Below, in pieces: positions 8,456 to 16,938 of a stretch of 64,000 nt of DNA. Made by a program: the position numbers and the translations under genes. Under the pieces are notes generated by a model. The model was given only the letters and a program-made list of their open reading frames with translations, made no database searches and was not told where the DNA came from. Source of the DNA: Chitinophagales bacterium (GTDB lineage: Bacteria > Bacteroidota > Bacteroidia > Chitinophagales > Chitinophagaceae); assembly GCA_038257845.1 (NCBI GenBank), contig JBBSQL010000011.1, positions 9,152 to 73,151 of the forward strand. The letters are read 5' to 3'. The stretch's first letter is position 1. Each line of letters begins with the position of its first letter.

Positions 8456-8583
8456 GTTTGGGGTTTTGGGTGTGGATAGTACGAGAATCAAAATGGAATT
8501 CGTTTTGGGTTTGGGGTGTTGATTGCAGTTAGTACAAAATTAAAATTATTTCTGTTTTCTGGTTTTTTGTTTCAGTATGTTAG
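8456..8583. repeat. G-tract satellite array A4 (2 units plus a degenerate terminal unit)
   Basis: Units begin at 8456 and 8502, followed by a degenerate tttctgttttctggtttttt. Confidence 0.8.
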
Positions 8584-8640
8584 CCATTTACAATTAACCA
8601 TTAATCATTAACAATTAACCATTATCCATTAACCATTTTA
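8584..8640. repeat. Heptanucleotide array H4, abutting the stop of the response-regulator gene
   Basis: Sequence is ccatttac aattaac cattaat cattaac aattaac cattatc cattaac catttta, immediately before the stop at 8643. Confidence 0.85.
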
Positions 8641-8642
8641 TC

Positions 8643-9074
8643 CTAAATAATAAACGACCCCACGGTAAACGGATAGCTGTTATTGGCAGCATTGAATTGA
8701 AAAAGATCCAGTATTTTTTTGCGCAGTTTATGAAATTCTATTGGCTTATGAAAAAATGCGGTAGCGCCCATGGCTTTAGTTATGGCAATGGCTTCCTTAT
8801 CATTTGTTGTTGTAAAAATGATGACGGGAATATCAATAAATTTTTTATTTGACTTCATGGCAGCCAGGCATTCGATGCCATTCATCAATGGCATATTCAG
8901 GTCGAGAAAAACCACGTCAGGAATAAATGTTTTTAATTTTTCAAGCGCTTCTATTCCATTATTGGCGATCTCGTAATGCATAGTGGCATCAATTTCCTGT
9001 AAAGCATTTGTAAAAAGTAACTGGTCATCCGCATCATCGTCAACCATTAATACATTCTTATGTCTGAGGGGCAT
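8643..9074 (-). CDS. Stand-alone response regulator (receiver domain only)
   Basis: Contains VLMVDDDADD...DVVFLDLNMPLMNG...K. No output domain. It lies downstream of the kinase gene. Confidence 0.85.
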   Translation of the reverse strand: MPLRHKNVLMVDDDADDQLLFTNALQEIDATMHYEIANNGIEALEKLKTFIPDVVFLDLNMPLMNGIECLAAMKSNKKFIDIPVIIFTTTNDKEAIAITKAMGATAFFHKPIEFHKLRKKILDLFQFNAANNSYPFTVGSFII

Positions 9075-9125
9075 TGTTTAAATTATGCTTCTAAATTAAA
9101 CTAAGTTGACTAAAAAAAATATAAA

Positions 9126-10535
9126 TTATTTTCCAGGAAAATATATTTCGAAAGTTGCCCCATTGCCAGGTTCAGATCTTGCTGTAATAAAGCCATTATG
9201 ATTGAGCATGATCTTCTGGCAAAGAGCCAGGCCGATACCGGTACCGGTATATGCTTCCCGGCCGTGAAGGCGCTGAAATAATTCGAATATCCGTTGTGCA
9301 TATTTTTGATCAAAACCAATTCCATTGTCGTGAAAACTGATCTTCCAGTATTGCTGGTTTAAATATTTTTCCATCCCATTATCACCAATCTGTGTTTTTT
9401 CCGCGGTGATCACAATTTTACACGGCTCATCTTTTTTTGCATACTTAATGGCATTGGAAATAATATTGGTAAACACCTGGACTATTTGCAGTTCTACACC
9501 TTCAATTTCAGGAAGAGGCCGGGATTCTATGTGTACATTTTTAGTTTCAATTGTTTCCGATAAATTTTCTTTAGCTTCATTCAGTACTTTATCCAGGCGA
9601 ATGGGAATGAAGGGAATATTTTTCACATTGGTACTGGAATAGCTCAGCAATGCAATAATGAGTTCCTGCATGCGCGCCGCCGCATTATTGATGCGCACCA
9701 TATAATCTTGCGCTTTTTCAGACAATGTATTTTTTTCCTGGTTGATGATGAGGTTGCTGAAGGATTGAATTTTTCGCAAAGGTTCCTGGAGGTCATGAGA
9801 AGCCACATAGCTAAAGGAAGAAAGTTCCGCATTATTCAATGACAATTCCCGGTTCATATCATGCAAATTATTTTCTGCACGTACCCGTAATTGTATTTCT
9901 CTTTTTAACCTGAAATAAGCAAAGGTCACAATGAGTATTCCAATAATTGAAAATATTAAACTATAAAATGGCGTGATGAAAGCAGCCTGGTTGCTAGTAA
10001 TTGTTTTGATGTCGAGGGCTTTATTTTCATAACTGCTCATTTGCGCAATCAGGCTGCGTGAATGATTCATTATATTCCTGCCATTATTCAAATAAGTTCT
10101 TCTGTCAAGAGGTATAGTATCTTCATTTAATATTTGATTGGGTAAGGTAGAAAAAATCCTGTAGCGGGTAGCTACAAGGCTTTTCAGTACTTCAAAATTT
10201 CCATGTTGCTCACTATCACCGGCTAAAGAAATTTCCAGGCTATCAAGCAATTTATTTATTTTTTCATGTGAGCCAATAAATGGTTTTAAAAAATCACTGT
10301 CGTGGGTAAGCAGGAAACCCCGCTGGCCAGTTTCCGCATTGAGCAGGGAAATAAGAATTTGGTTTAAACGAAGGTTTACTTCTTTATTGTGTGCAATGGA
10401 AGCATTGATATTGTTCAGGGAAATGATCCGGTTATAAGAAATAAAAGTAACTGCCAGCATTACGATGAGCAAAATGCCGAAGAGCAGGTTAGGCAATATG
10501 AGCCTGGCTTTTTGAATATGCAAAATGAATTGCAT
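9126..10535 (-). CDS. CHASE3-domain sensor histidine kinase
   Basis: One TM helix, a CHASE3 hallmark (NAETGQRGFLLTHDSDFLKPF), a second TM helix, an H-box (ASHDLQEPLRK) and an HATPase domain (GTGIGLALC). Start set at the ATG giving MQFILHI; the track start at 10583 is TTG. Confidence 0.85.
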   Translation of the reverse strand: MQFILHIQKARLILPNLLFGILLIVMLAVTFISYNRIISLNNINASIAHNKEVNLRLNQILISLLNAETGQRGFLLTHDSDFLKPFIGSHEKINKLLDSLEISLAGDSEQHGNFEVLKSLVATRYRIFSTLPNQILNEDTIPLDRRTYLNNGRNIMNHSRSLIAQMSSYENKALDIKTITSNQAAFITPFYSLIFSIIGILIVTFAYFRLKREIQLRVRAENNLHDMNRELSLNNAELSSFSYVASHDLQEPLRKIQSFSNLIINQEKNTLSEKAQDYMVRINNAAARMQELIIALLSYSSTNVKNIPFIPIRLDKVLNEAKENLSETIETKNVHIESRPLPEIEGVELQIVQVFTNIISNAIKYAKKDEPCKIVITAEKTQIGDNGMEKYLNQQYWKISFHDNGIGFDQKYAQRIFELFQRLHGREAYTGTGIGLALCQKIMLNHNGFITARSEPGNGATFEIYFPGK

Positions 10536-10608
10536 TTTTTTTAAAAAACTAGGCTGCTGAGCTGGTGTGGTTTCCTGGTTCAAAGCAAAAGTTATGACAC
10601 GAAATTAT

Positions 10609-10647
10609 AAAAAAATCAACAGCGGTTTGAAGGCTGTTGATTTTTTT
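10609..10647 (-). terminator. Rho-independent terminator after the DUF2383 gene (bidirectional shape)
   Basis: The stem atcaacagc/gctgttgat is flanked by A7 and T7 runs. Confidence 0.75.
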
Positions 10648-10662
10648 CCATTATTAAAAACC

Positions 10663-11127
10663 CTATTCGCGGTCATCACGCAAAGATTTAACTTTGTCAT
10701 GCGCCGATTTTAAAGAATTTTTCTGAGACTGAATCATCTCTGCCTGGTATGCAGGCAAATCTTCTGCAAGTGCATCGTGATAAGCTTTCTGGGCTGCATC
10801 TTCTCCAAATTCACAACTGGCCAAAATAGAGTTTGAATCATGCCCGGTAAAAGCTGCTTTCACTGCCATCCAACCTCTATAGATTTTACCACTGGTTGTT
10901 GAATCATCCTCCATTGTACCGCCAAGGGTTTGTACTTCATTACCCAACTCATTCCTGATTTTCCTGCTTTGATCAATAAAACTTAAAAATAGTTGGTTTA
11001 AATTTTCTTTCAATAGTGCATTATCTACTTGCTTCAGGTCTTCTAATGCGCGTTCATAACCTTGTATCCTGTCATTATTGATCTTCACGAGATCATTTAA
11101 GATTTCTATGTTGTCTTTTGATTCCAT
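10663..11127 (-). CDS. PA2169/DUF2383-family four-helix-bundle (ferritin-like) protein
   Basis: LNDLVKINNDRIQGYERA...GKIYRGWMAVKAAFTG...CEFGEDAAQKAY matches the DUF2383 pattern as recalled. Confidence 0.75.
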   Translation of the reverse strand: MESKDNIEILNDLVKINNDRIQGYERALEDLKQVDNALLKENLNQLFLSFIDQSRKIRNELGNEVQTLGGTMEDDSTTSGKIYRGWMAVKAAFTGHDSNSILASCEFGEDAAQKAYHDALAEDLPAYQAEMIQSQKNSLKSAHDKVKSLRDDRE

Positions 11128-11388
11128 AATTAATTATAATTTATTTCAATCAGTAAAGAAAAATATATGCCAGTAATTCATTTAAGATTGAAGTATTTTG
11201 GTTTTAAGATTTTAAATCATGCATGCCTGTAATATTCGATTTATATATTTTTGATTTGTAATAAAAAATATAAAGCGCTTTTGACTGCCGTATAAAATTA
11301 GGTAGCAAAAAATTCCCGCATCAGAGGATTTGAGTATTTTTTTCCCCGTTGTAAATTGCTTTTAGAAAAATTTTCACCTAAAAATTTA

Positions 11389-11404
11389 AGGCTTTTCATT
11401 TGAG
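11389..11404 (+). promoter_or_regulatory. Stress-box (-24/-12-type) AGGCTT-TTCAT-TTGAG
   Basis: GG-N8-TTG geometry. It starts 66 nt upstream of the ATG at 11455. Confidence 0.35.
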
Positions 11405-11454
11405 TAGTAATCTCATTGTAAATTTTTATAAAAATCTAATATAAAACTAAATCA

Positions 11455-11934
11455 ATGGCTAAGAAAAAAATCAAGAAAAATTTTTTCGAAAGTTTTTCAG
11501 CAAAAGTTACGAATGCAACTGGCAGTACACCGGCATTCATTATTGCATGTGCCCTCGTAGTTGTTTGGGCTGCAACAGGGCCCATTTTTAATTACTCGGA
11601 AACCTGGCAACTGGTGATCAATACCGGCACCACAATCATCACCTTTTTAATGGTGTTTTTAATTCAAAAATCCCAGAATAAAGATTCCATGGCCATACAA
11701 TTAAAACTCAATGAACTCGTGGCTTCCAATGATCTTTCGAGCAACCGGCTGGTATCGGTAGAAGATCTTAGTGAAGATGAGATGAAAATAATTCGTAAAT
11801 ATTATGAACGCCTGAGTGATTTAACGCAGAAAGATAATGATATGCAAGTGTCTCATTCTATTGAGGAAGCAGAAAACCGGTACAATCAAAAAAAAGCAGG
11901 GAGGGAAAAGAGATCACATCCCAGGGAAAAATAA
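11455..11934 (+). CDS. Low-affinity iron permease family protein (Fet4-like, bacterial short form)
   Basis: GSTPAFIIACALVVVWAATGPIFNYSETWQLVINTGTTIITFLMVFLIQKSQNKDSMAIQLKLNELV is the family signature. Confidence 0.8.
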   Translation: MAKKKIKKNFFESFSAKVTNATGSTPAFIIACALVVVWAATGPIFNYSETWQLVINTGTTIITFLMVFLIQKSQNKDSMAIQLKLNELVASNDLSSNRLVSVEDLSEDEMKIIRKYYERLSDLTQKDNDMQVSHSIEEAENRYNQKKAGREKRSHPREK

Positions 11935-11937
11935 TTT

Positions 11938-11953
11938 TGGTATAAAGCTTGAA
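11938..11953 (+). promoter_or_regulatory. Stress-box TGGTAT-AAAGC-TTGAA
   Basis: It starts 63 nt upstream of the ATG at 12001. Confidence 0.45.
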
Positions 11954-12000
11954 TATTTTTTATAACAGAATTAAAATTTAAAAAAATAAAACCTAAGAAA

Positions 12001-12600
12001 ATGGCAAAAGCATCGAACACAAAAAAAAGTACAAAAAAATCGGCAGAAAAAAAATCTACTGACACAAAATCAAATGGAAGAATGGGCGTGGGCGCGAATG
12101 ATTCCATGCTCCGGGATTTTTTCATTGACGAACTGAAAGACATTTACTGGGCGGAGAAGCACCTGGTGAAAACCTTACCAAAGATGATGAAAGCATCAAC
12201 CTCAGCAGAATTAAAGAGTGCATTCAAGGATCATCTTGATGTGACCAAAACGCATGTAACCCGCCTGGAACAAGTGTTTGAGGCATTAGGAAAAAAAGCA
12301 CAGGCCAAAAAATGCGAAGCCATGGAAGGCATTACCAAAGAAGGAGCATCCATTATTGAAGATACGGATGATGGCACAGCCACACGCGATGTAGGATTGA
12401 TTTTAGCAGCGCAAAAAGTAGAGCATTATGAAATTTCTACCTATGGCGGTTTGCATCAATTAGCCATTACACTTGGTCATCAGGCAGTGGCTGATTTATT
12501 GGAACAAACGCTTGGTGAGGAAAAAGATGCAGATGCCTTGCTCACTGAAATTGCAGAGAATAATGTAAATTATGAAGCTGCTGAAGAGGTAGAAGCATAA
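12001..12600 (+). CDS. DUF892 (YciE/YciF-type) ferritin-like stress protein with a Lys-rich N-terminal tail
   Basis: FIDELKDIYWAEKHLVKTLPKM...CEAMEGITKEG...AAQKVEHYEISTYG matches the YciE/YciF pattern. Confidence 0.85.
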   Translation: MAKASNTKKSTKKSAEKKSTDTKSNGRMGVGANDSMLRDFFIDELKDIYWAEKHLVKTLPKMMKASTSAELKSAFKDHLDVTKTHVTRLEQVFEALGKKAQAKKCEAMEGITKEGASIIEDTDDGTATRDVGLILAAQKVEHYEISTYGGLHQLAITLGHQAVADLLEQTLGEEKDADALLTEIAENNVNYEAAEEVEA

Positions 12601-12629
12601 ACTATAAGCCCGGCATATACTAAAAAAAA

Positions 12630-12656
12630 GGGAAATCAAATTGGTTTCCCTTTTTT
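12630..12656 (+). terminator. Rho-independent terminator
   Basis: The stem gggaaa/tttccc is followed by T6. Confidence 0.75.
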
Positions 12657-12685
12657 AAATTTTCAATTTTATTTTATAGCATGTA

Positions 12686-12701
12686 CGGCATGAAATTTGA
12701 A
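12686..12701 (+). promoter_or_regulatory. Stress-box CGGCAT-GAAAT-TTGAA
   Basis: It starts 49 nt upstream of the ATG at 12735. Confidence 0.45.
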
Positions 12702-12734
12702 TTTTATCGTATAAGTAACTAAATAAAAATTTAC

Positions 12735-13241
12735 ATGAGCAAGAAGAATTTATTTGATGAGGAAGGGATTGATAAGCTGAGAGAAATGGTGGATAAAATT
12801 GACATTTGTTTATTTTGTACATACCCGCAAACATCAGATGGCGCTACGTGTACGCCCATGAGTGCACAAGAAGTAGATGATGATGGAAATGTTTGGTTTT
12901 TCAGCGGTAAGAACAGTGATAAAAATAAAGAGATCGAAAAAGATGGTAAAGTACAATTATTTTTTTCACATCCATCCCGTAGTAGTTACCTGGTTTTGAA
13001 TGGTGAGGCTGAAATAAGTTTTGATAAAGCAAAAATTGATTATCTCTGGTCGCCACTTGTAAAAGCCTGGTTTAAAGATGGCAAAGATGACCCGAATATC
13101 TCGCTTATAAAAGTAAAAACAAATAGTGCTTATTATTGGGATGTGGAAGGCAGCCGCATGATTAATTTTTTAAAAATGGCCGCTTCAGCAGTCGTTGGCC
13201 AAAACCTGGTGGACAGTGAAGAAGGGAATATTAAAGTATAA
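12735..13241 (+). CDS. General stress protein 26-like (pyridoxamine 5'-phosphate oxidase fold)
   Basis: DDDGNVWFFSGKNSDKNKEIEKDGKVQLFFSHPSRSSYLVLNGEAE...YYWD is typical of the family. Confidence 0.8.
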   Translation: MSKKNLFDEEGIDKLREMVDKIDICLFCTYPQTSDGATCTPMSAQEVDDDGNVWFFSGKNSDKNKEIEKDGKVQLFFSHPSRSSYLVLNGEAEISFDKAKIDYLWSPLVKAWFKDGKDDPNISLIKVKTNSAYYWDVEGSRMINFLKMAASAVVGQNLVDSEEGNIKV

Positions 13242-13274
13242 CTGGTTTTATTTTTTTAAAACATATAATTTTAT

Positions 13275-13306
13275 AAATGCGCAACTTTTATGCGCATTTA
13301 TTTTTT
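13275..13306 (+). terminator. Rho-independent terminator
   Basis: The stem aaatgcgca/tgcgcattt is followed by a T-run. Confidence 0.7.
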
Positions 13307-13317
13307 AAATTCACAAA

Positions 13318-14280
13318 ATGAAATTTCATTTTAATAAAAAATCAATCATTAGCTGGTGGAAAATTTTGAAAGCAGCCTTTACGGGTTTCAATAACGATAA
13401 AGGCATGAAGTTGAGCGCTTCACTGGCTTATACAACTATTTTTTCATTGGGGCCAATGCTGCTTTTTATCATGTCCATTGCCAGTATTTTTTTCGGACAG
13501 CAAGCAAGTGAAGGAAAGGTCTTTGCACAACTCAATGGCTTCCTGGGCGCAAGTGCTGCCCAGCAGGTGCAGGATGTTATTGAAAATATTAATTTGTCAG
13601 GAAAAACTCATTTCGCACTCATCATCAGCACGATCACATTATTGGTAGGAGCTACAAGTTTATTTGTAGAAATACAGGACTCATTGAATATGATCTGGCG
13701 GGTAAAACCCAAACCCCAAAAAGGCTGGTTGCGTTTTTTAAAAAATCGTTTACAATCCGCATCACTGATCATTTCGCTTGGTTTTCTATTAGTTGTTTCC
13801 TTAGTTATAAATGGTATGGTGGATGCATTCAGCAATATGCTTTCAAGATATTTTTCTGATGCAACTGTATTGGTGATGAATGGTTTTAATTTTTTACTGA
13901 CAATGGCGATCATCACTGTTTTATTTGGGATTATTTTTAAAGTATTACCAGATGCGAAAATCAGTTGGAAACATGTGCGGGCCGGCGCTTTCTTCACAGC
14001 CATCTTGTTTATGATCGGCCGCTTTCTGATTGGTGTGTATATCAAAAATGCAGCGGCAGTTTCTATGTATGGTGCGGCCGGTTCTATTATCGTGATATTG
14101 GTCTGGGTTTATTATACTTCTGCAATTTTATATCTTGGTGCTGAGTTTACAGAGGCTTATACAGAAGCCAGCGGGAGTAAAATAAAACCCGAGGATTTCG
14201 CGGTGCATGTGGAACAAAAAGAAGTGGAGAAAAAAGTGGATGTGTTGCCGCCCCAGCATGAGGAATTGAAGGAAAAGTAA
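13318..14280 (+). CDS. YihY/BrkB family membrane protein
   Basis: About six TM segments. The N-terminus F..F..D.....SASLAYTTIFSLGPMLL is the family hallmark. Confidence 0.8.
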   Translation: MKFHFNKKSIISWWKILKAAFTGFNNDKGMKLSASLAYTTIFSLGPMLLFIMSIASIFFGQQASEGKVFAQLNGFLGASAAQQVQDVIENINLSGKTHFALIISTITLLVGATSLFVEIQDSLNMIWRVKPKPQKGWLRFLKNRLQSASLIISLGFLLVVSLVINGMVDAFSNMLSRYFSDATVLVMNGFNFLLTMAIITVLFGIIFKVLPDAKISWKHVRAGAFFTAILFMIGRFLIGVYIKNAAAVSMYGAAGSIIVILVWVYYTSAILYLGAEFTEAYTEASGSKIKPEDFAVHVEQKEVEKKVDVLPPQHEELKEK

Positions 14281-14401
14281 ATTTTGGGGAAGAAAAAAAT
14301 CATCACCCAATTCAGGCAGCGATGCATTTATTTACCATTTCCACAAATATTTATTTTTGTGGAATCATTGGCCCAATTGCTTCTTAGGAAAAACAATCCT
14401 T

Positions 14402-15223
14402 ATGGAAGCAACTCAATTTTTACAAAGCAATTTCCTCGATATTTTATTTGATGGAAAAAATAAAGACTACGGTGCGTATGAACTTCGTGTTCATTATAAA
14501 CGCAGGTTATTGTATGCACTGATCAGTATTGCCATAATCAGTGCTGGCTTTTCAAGCATGTTATTTTTTCCATTTAAAGCAACACCTCTTCATACAATGT
14601 ATGTTGGCCCTGAAGTGCATTTAACTGCTGCTACGGAGAAACGGGATAAGATCATTGAAGTGAAACCAAAGAAACAAACAAGTGTTGTTACTAAAAAAAC
14701 AATTATTACAATACCGCTCATTGTGAAAGAAAGAGTGATTGAAAAAATAAGTGATTTACCCGATGAAACCATCATCCCGGTTTCAAAAATCATTGGTGTT
14801 GGTGAAGGAAATAACCAGGTATTCAGCAATAATGCACTACCGGAAAAAACCGGTGTGGCAATAATACCTTTACCGAAAACTGTAAAAAATTTTGATTCAT
14901 TGTACACTACGGTGCAAGTGCAAGCGCAATTTCCAGGCGGACCGGCCGCATGGCAAAAATACCTGGAACGCAACCTGGACCTGGATATCCCGATGCGAAA
15001 TGGTACACCTACAGGAAAATATACCATTCATATTTCATTCATCGTGGATAAGGAAGGGAATATTTCTAATGTGTCTGCGTTGAATGATCCGGGCTTTGGA
15101 CTTGCTTCAGAAGCTATTCGCGTCATTCGAAAAAGTAAACAATGGTTGCCTGCTATACAAGATGGACAGCATGTAAAATATATGCAGGTGCAGCCGGTTA
15201 CTTTTGTAATCAATGATAATTAA
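14402..15223 (+). CDS. TonB-family energy transducer
   Basis: N-terminal anchor with the YGAYELR motif. The C-terminal TonB domain reads VQAQFPGGPAAWQKYLERNL...GKYTIHISFIVDKEGNISNV. Start set at the ATG giving MEATQFL. Confidence 0.8.
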   Translation: MEATQFLQSNFLDILFDGKNKDYGAYELRVHYKRRLLYALISIAIISAGFSSMLFFPFKATPLHTMYVGPEVHLTAATEKRDKIIEVKPKKQTSVVTKKTIITIPLIVKERVIEKISDLPDETIIPVSKIIGVGEGNNQVFSNNALPEKTGVAIIPLPKTVKNFDSLYTTVQVQAQFPGGPAAWQKYLERNLDLDIPMRNGTPTGKYTIHISFIVDKEGNISNVSALNDPGFGLASEAIRVIRKSKQWLPAIQDGQHVKYMQVQPVTFVINDN

Positions 15224-15277
15224 TGTCGGGGAAATTTCGGTCATGGAATTCTTTCTATTATCAATTTTAATTTTCTT

Positions 15278-15346
15278 TTGTTCCAGCGGAACAACTTATG
15301 GGTAACATACTGGATACATTTTATATAACGCGTTCCGGAGGAACGC
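15278..15346. repeat. Two further GTTCC-N3-GGAAC hairpins (same family as 6039-6172)
   Basis: ttgttccAGCggaacaa (15278-15294) and gcgttccGGAggaacgc (15330-15346), each with a 7-bp stem and 3-nt loop. The trailing ..TT[A]TGGG and ..ATCGTGCC resemble the trailing motif of the U1 copies read on the opposite strand. Confidence 0.7.
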
Positions 15347-15534
15347 ATCGTGCCGGATGTCAGGACTTTCTAACCATGAAAAATTTCTTCAGAACTATCT
15401 TCTCACATCAAAGTTAACAGACCGGCAATATCGGAGACAAATTTTTTAAAAGAATATAATAAAGAAATTATTGGTCAGGCGACCAAAAATGGCTGTCTGT
15501 CTTCGAGTAAAAAGGCTGGTTACCGATTAAAGAA

Positions 15535-15550
15535 TGGTATAGCATTTGCA
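15535..15550 (+). promoter_or_regulatory. Stress-box TGGTAT-AGCAT-TTGCA (full GG-N10-GC match to sigma-54 geometry)
   Basis: It starts 35 nt upstream of the ku ATG at 15570. The ORF-track TTG start at 15546 is actually the TTG of this box. Confidence 0.5.
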
Positions 15551-15569
15551 ACTTTTTACCAAAAAAAGT

Positions 15570-16346
15570 ATGAAAGCAATTTGGAGCGGTTCTATTGGTT
15601 TTGGCCTTGTAAATATTCCCATAAAGATTTATAGCGCCATTGAATCAAGCGATATTGATTTGGATATGCTGGATAAAAAGGATTATTCTAATATTCGTTT
15701 TAAACGCGTGAATGAACATACAGGAAAAGAAGTTGCCTGGGAAAATATTGTGAAGGGTTATAAAATGGATGATAAATATATTGTGCTGACTGATGAAGAT
15801 TTTGAAAAAGCCAGTCCTGAAAAATCTAAGATTATAGAGATTAGTGAGTTTGTAAATGAAAAGGAAATTGATAGCATATATTATGAAACGCCATACTATA
15901 CTGCGCCTGAAAAAAATGGTGCAAAAGCGTATGGTTTATTACGTGATGCTTTAAAAAAATCCGGTAAGGCCGGGCTAGGAAGTTTTGTGTTACGCAGCAA
16001 AGAAAGCCTTTGTCTGTTGAAAGCAATGGATGATGTTATTGTATTAAACAAGATCCGGTTTGCACAGGAAATCAGGGATACAAGCGATTTGAATATTCCT
16101 GTTTCAAAAAGCAAACCCGCGGAATTGAAGATGGCCGAACAATTAATTAATCAACTGACGCATAAATTTGATATTGAAAAATATAAAGACACTTATTCGA
16201 ATGAATTGATGAAACTCATCAAAGCAAAAGCGAAAGGCAAAAAAATCTCCGCGCCAAAAATGAAAGTGGTTCATTCAACTGCGAAAGATCTGATGTCGCA
16301 ACTCAAGGCCAGCCTTGAAAATAAAACAACACGAAAAGCATCCTGA
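15570..16346 (+). CDS. ku: Ku protein (non-homologous end joining)
   Basis: [23 protein letters not shown]... is the canonical bacterial Ku N-terminus. The tail is Lys-rich. Confidence 0.95.
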   Translation: MKAIWSGSIGFGLVNIPIKIYSAIESSDIDLDMLDKKDYSNIRFKRVNEHTGKEVAWENIVKGYKMDDKYIVLTDEDFEKASPEKSKIIEISEFVNEKEIDSIYYETPYYTAPEKNGAKAYGLLRDALKKSGKAGLGSFVLRSKESLCLLKAMDDVIVLNKIRFAQEIRDTSDLNIPVSKSKPAELKMAEQLINQLTHKFDIEKYKDTYSNELMKLIKAKAKGKKISAPKMKVVHSTAKDLMSQLKASLENKTTRKAS

Positions 16347-16347
16347 T

Positions 16348-16938
16348 ATGGCGCTGACAAAATATAATAAAAAAAGAAATTTTAAAGAAACCAGCGAGCC
16401 TGAAGGAAAAGCAGATACGCAATCAGGTTTTCGTTTTGTTGTACAACGCCATCATGCTTCGCAATTACATTATGATTTTCGTTTAGAACTGGGCGGTGTT
16501 TTAAAAAGTTGGGCGGTGCCTAAAGGCCCATCACTTGATCCAAAAGATAAACGTCTCGCCATGATGGTGGAAGATCATCCGGTAAGTTATATCCATTTTG
16601 AAGGTGATATTCCTGAAGGAAATTATGGCGCAGGATATGTAACCGTTTGGGATAAAGGGAAATTTTTCCCTGTTGATAAAGATCATGAAAAATTAACGGA
16701 GAAGCAAGCCCTGTCAGCATTACACAAAGGTGAATTGAAGTTCTCCCTGAAAGGAAAAAAACTGAAAGGAGAGTTTGTATTGGTCCATTTAAAAAATGAT
16801 ACAAAAAATAATAATAGCTGGCTATTGATAAAACACAAAGATGAATTTTCAAAAACGCCTTACAATTCTGAAGACCTTGTGAGTGCGGCCGTAAAAAAAG
16901 TTGGCGAAAAAAAAAAAGAAAGAAAACGTAACACTTAA
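16348..16938 (+). CDS. ligD: LigD 3'-phosphoesterase (PE) domain protein
   Basis: FVVQRHHASQLHYDFRLELGGVLKSWAVPKGPSLDP is the PE-domain signature. The ORF ends 21 nt after an A11 run, with the ligase ORF open in the +1 frame. Confidence 0.9.
   Translation: MALTKYNKKRNFKETSEPEGKADTQSGFRFVVQRHHASQLHYDFRLELGGVLKSWAVPKGPSLDPKDKRLAMMVEDHPVSYIHFEGDIPEGNYGAGYVTVWDKGKFFPVDKDHEKLTEKQALSALHKGELKFSLKGKKLKGEFVLVHLKNDTKNNNSWLLIKHKDEFSKTPYNSEDLVSAAVKKVGEKKKERKRNT

Noticed and set aside
5439-8583. CRISPR array interpretation of the regularly spaced repeats
   Set aside because: The would-be spacers (about 19 nt) are degenerate copies of each other, with three recurring types, rather than unique sequences. 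The period of 46 nt is too short, no cas genes or leader are nearby, and the arrays are interrupted by heptamer tracts. This is a diverged tandem satellite, not CRISPR.
11938-11990. Reading the stress-box TTGAAT as a sigma-70 -35 element (TTGAAT-N17-TAAAAT upstream of the DUF892 gene)
   Set aside because: It works for one or two sites only. At ku the implied -10 would overlap the start codon, and at htpG and 23435 no -10 is present. The invariant GG 8 nt upstream of the TTG is unexplained by a -35/-10 model. AT-rich DNA yields -10-like hexamers by chance.
13608-15213. Antisense ORFs 13608-14045, 14590-15027 and 15028-15213
   Set aside because: They are nested opposite the well-supported BrkB-family and TonB-family genes. 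Their composition is typical of the reverse frame of AT-rich coding DNA.
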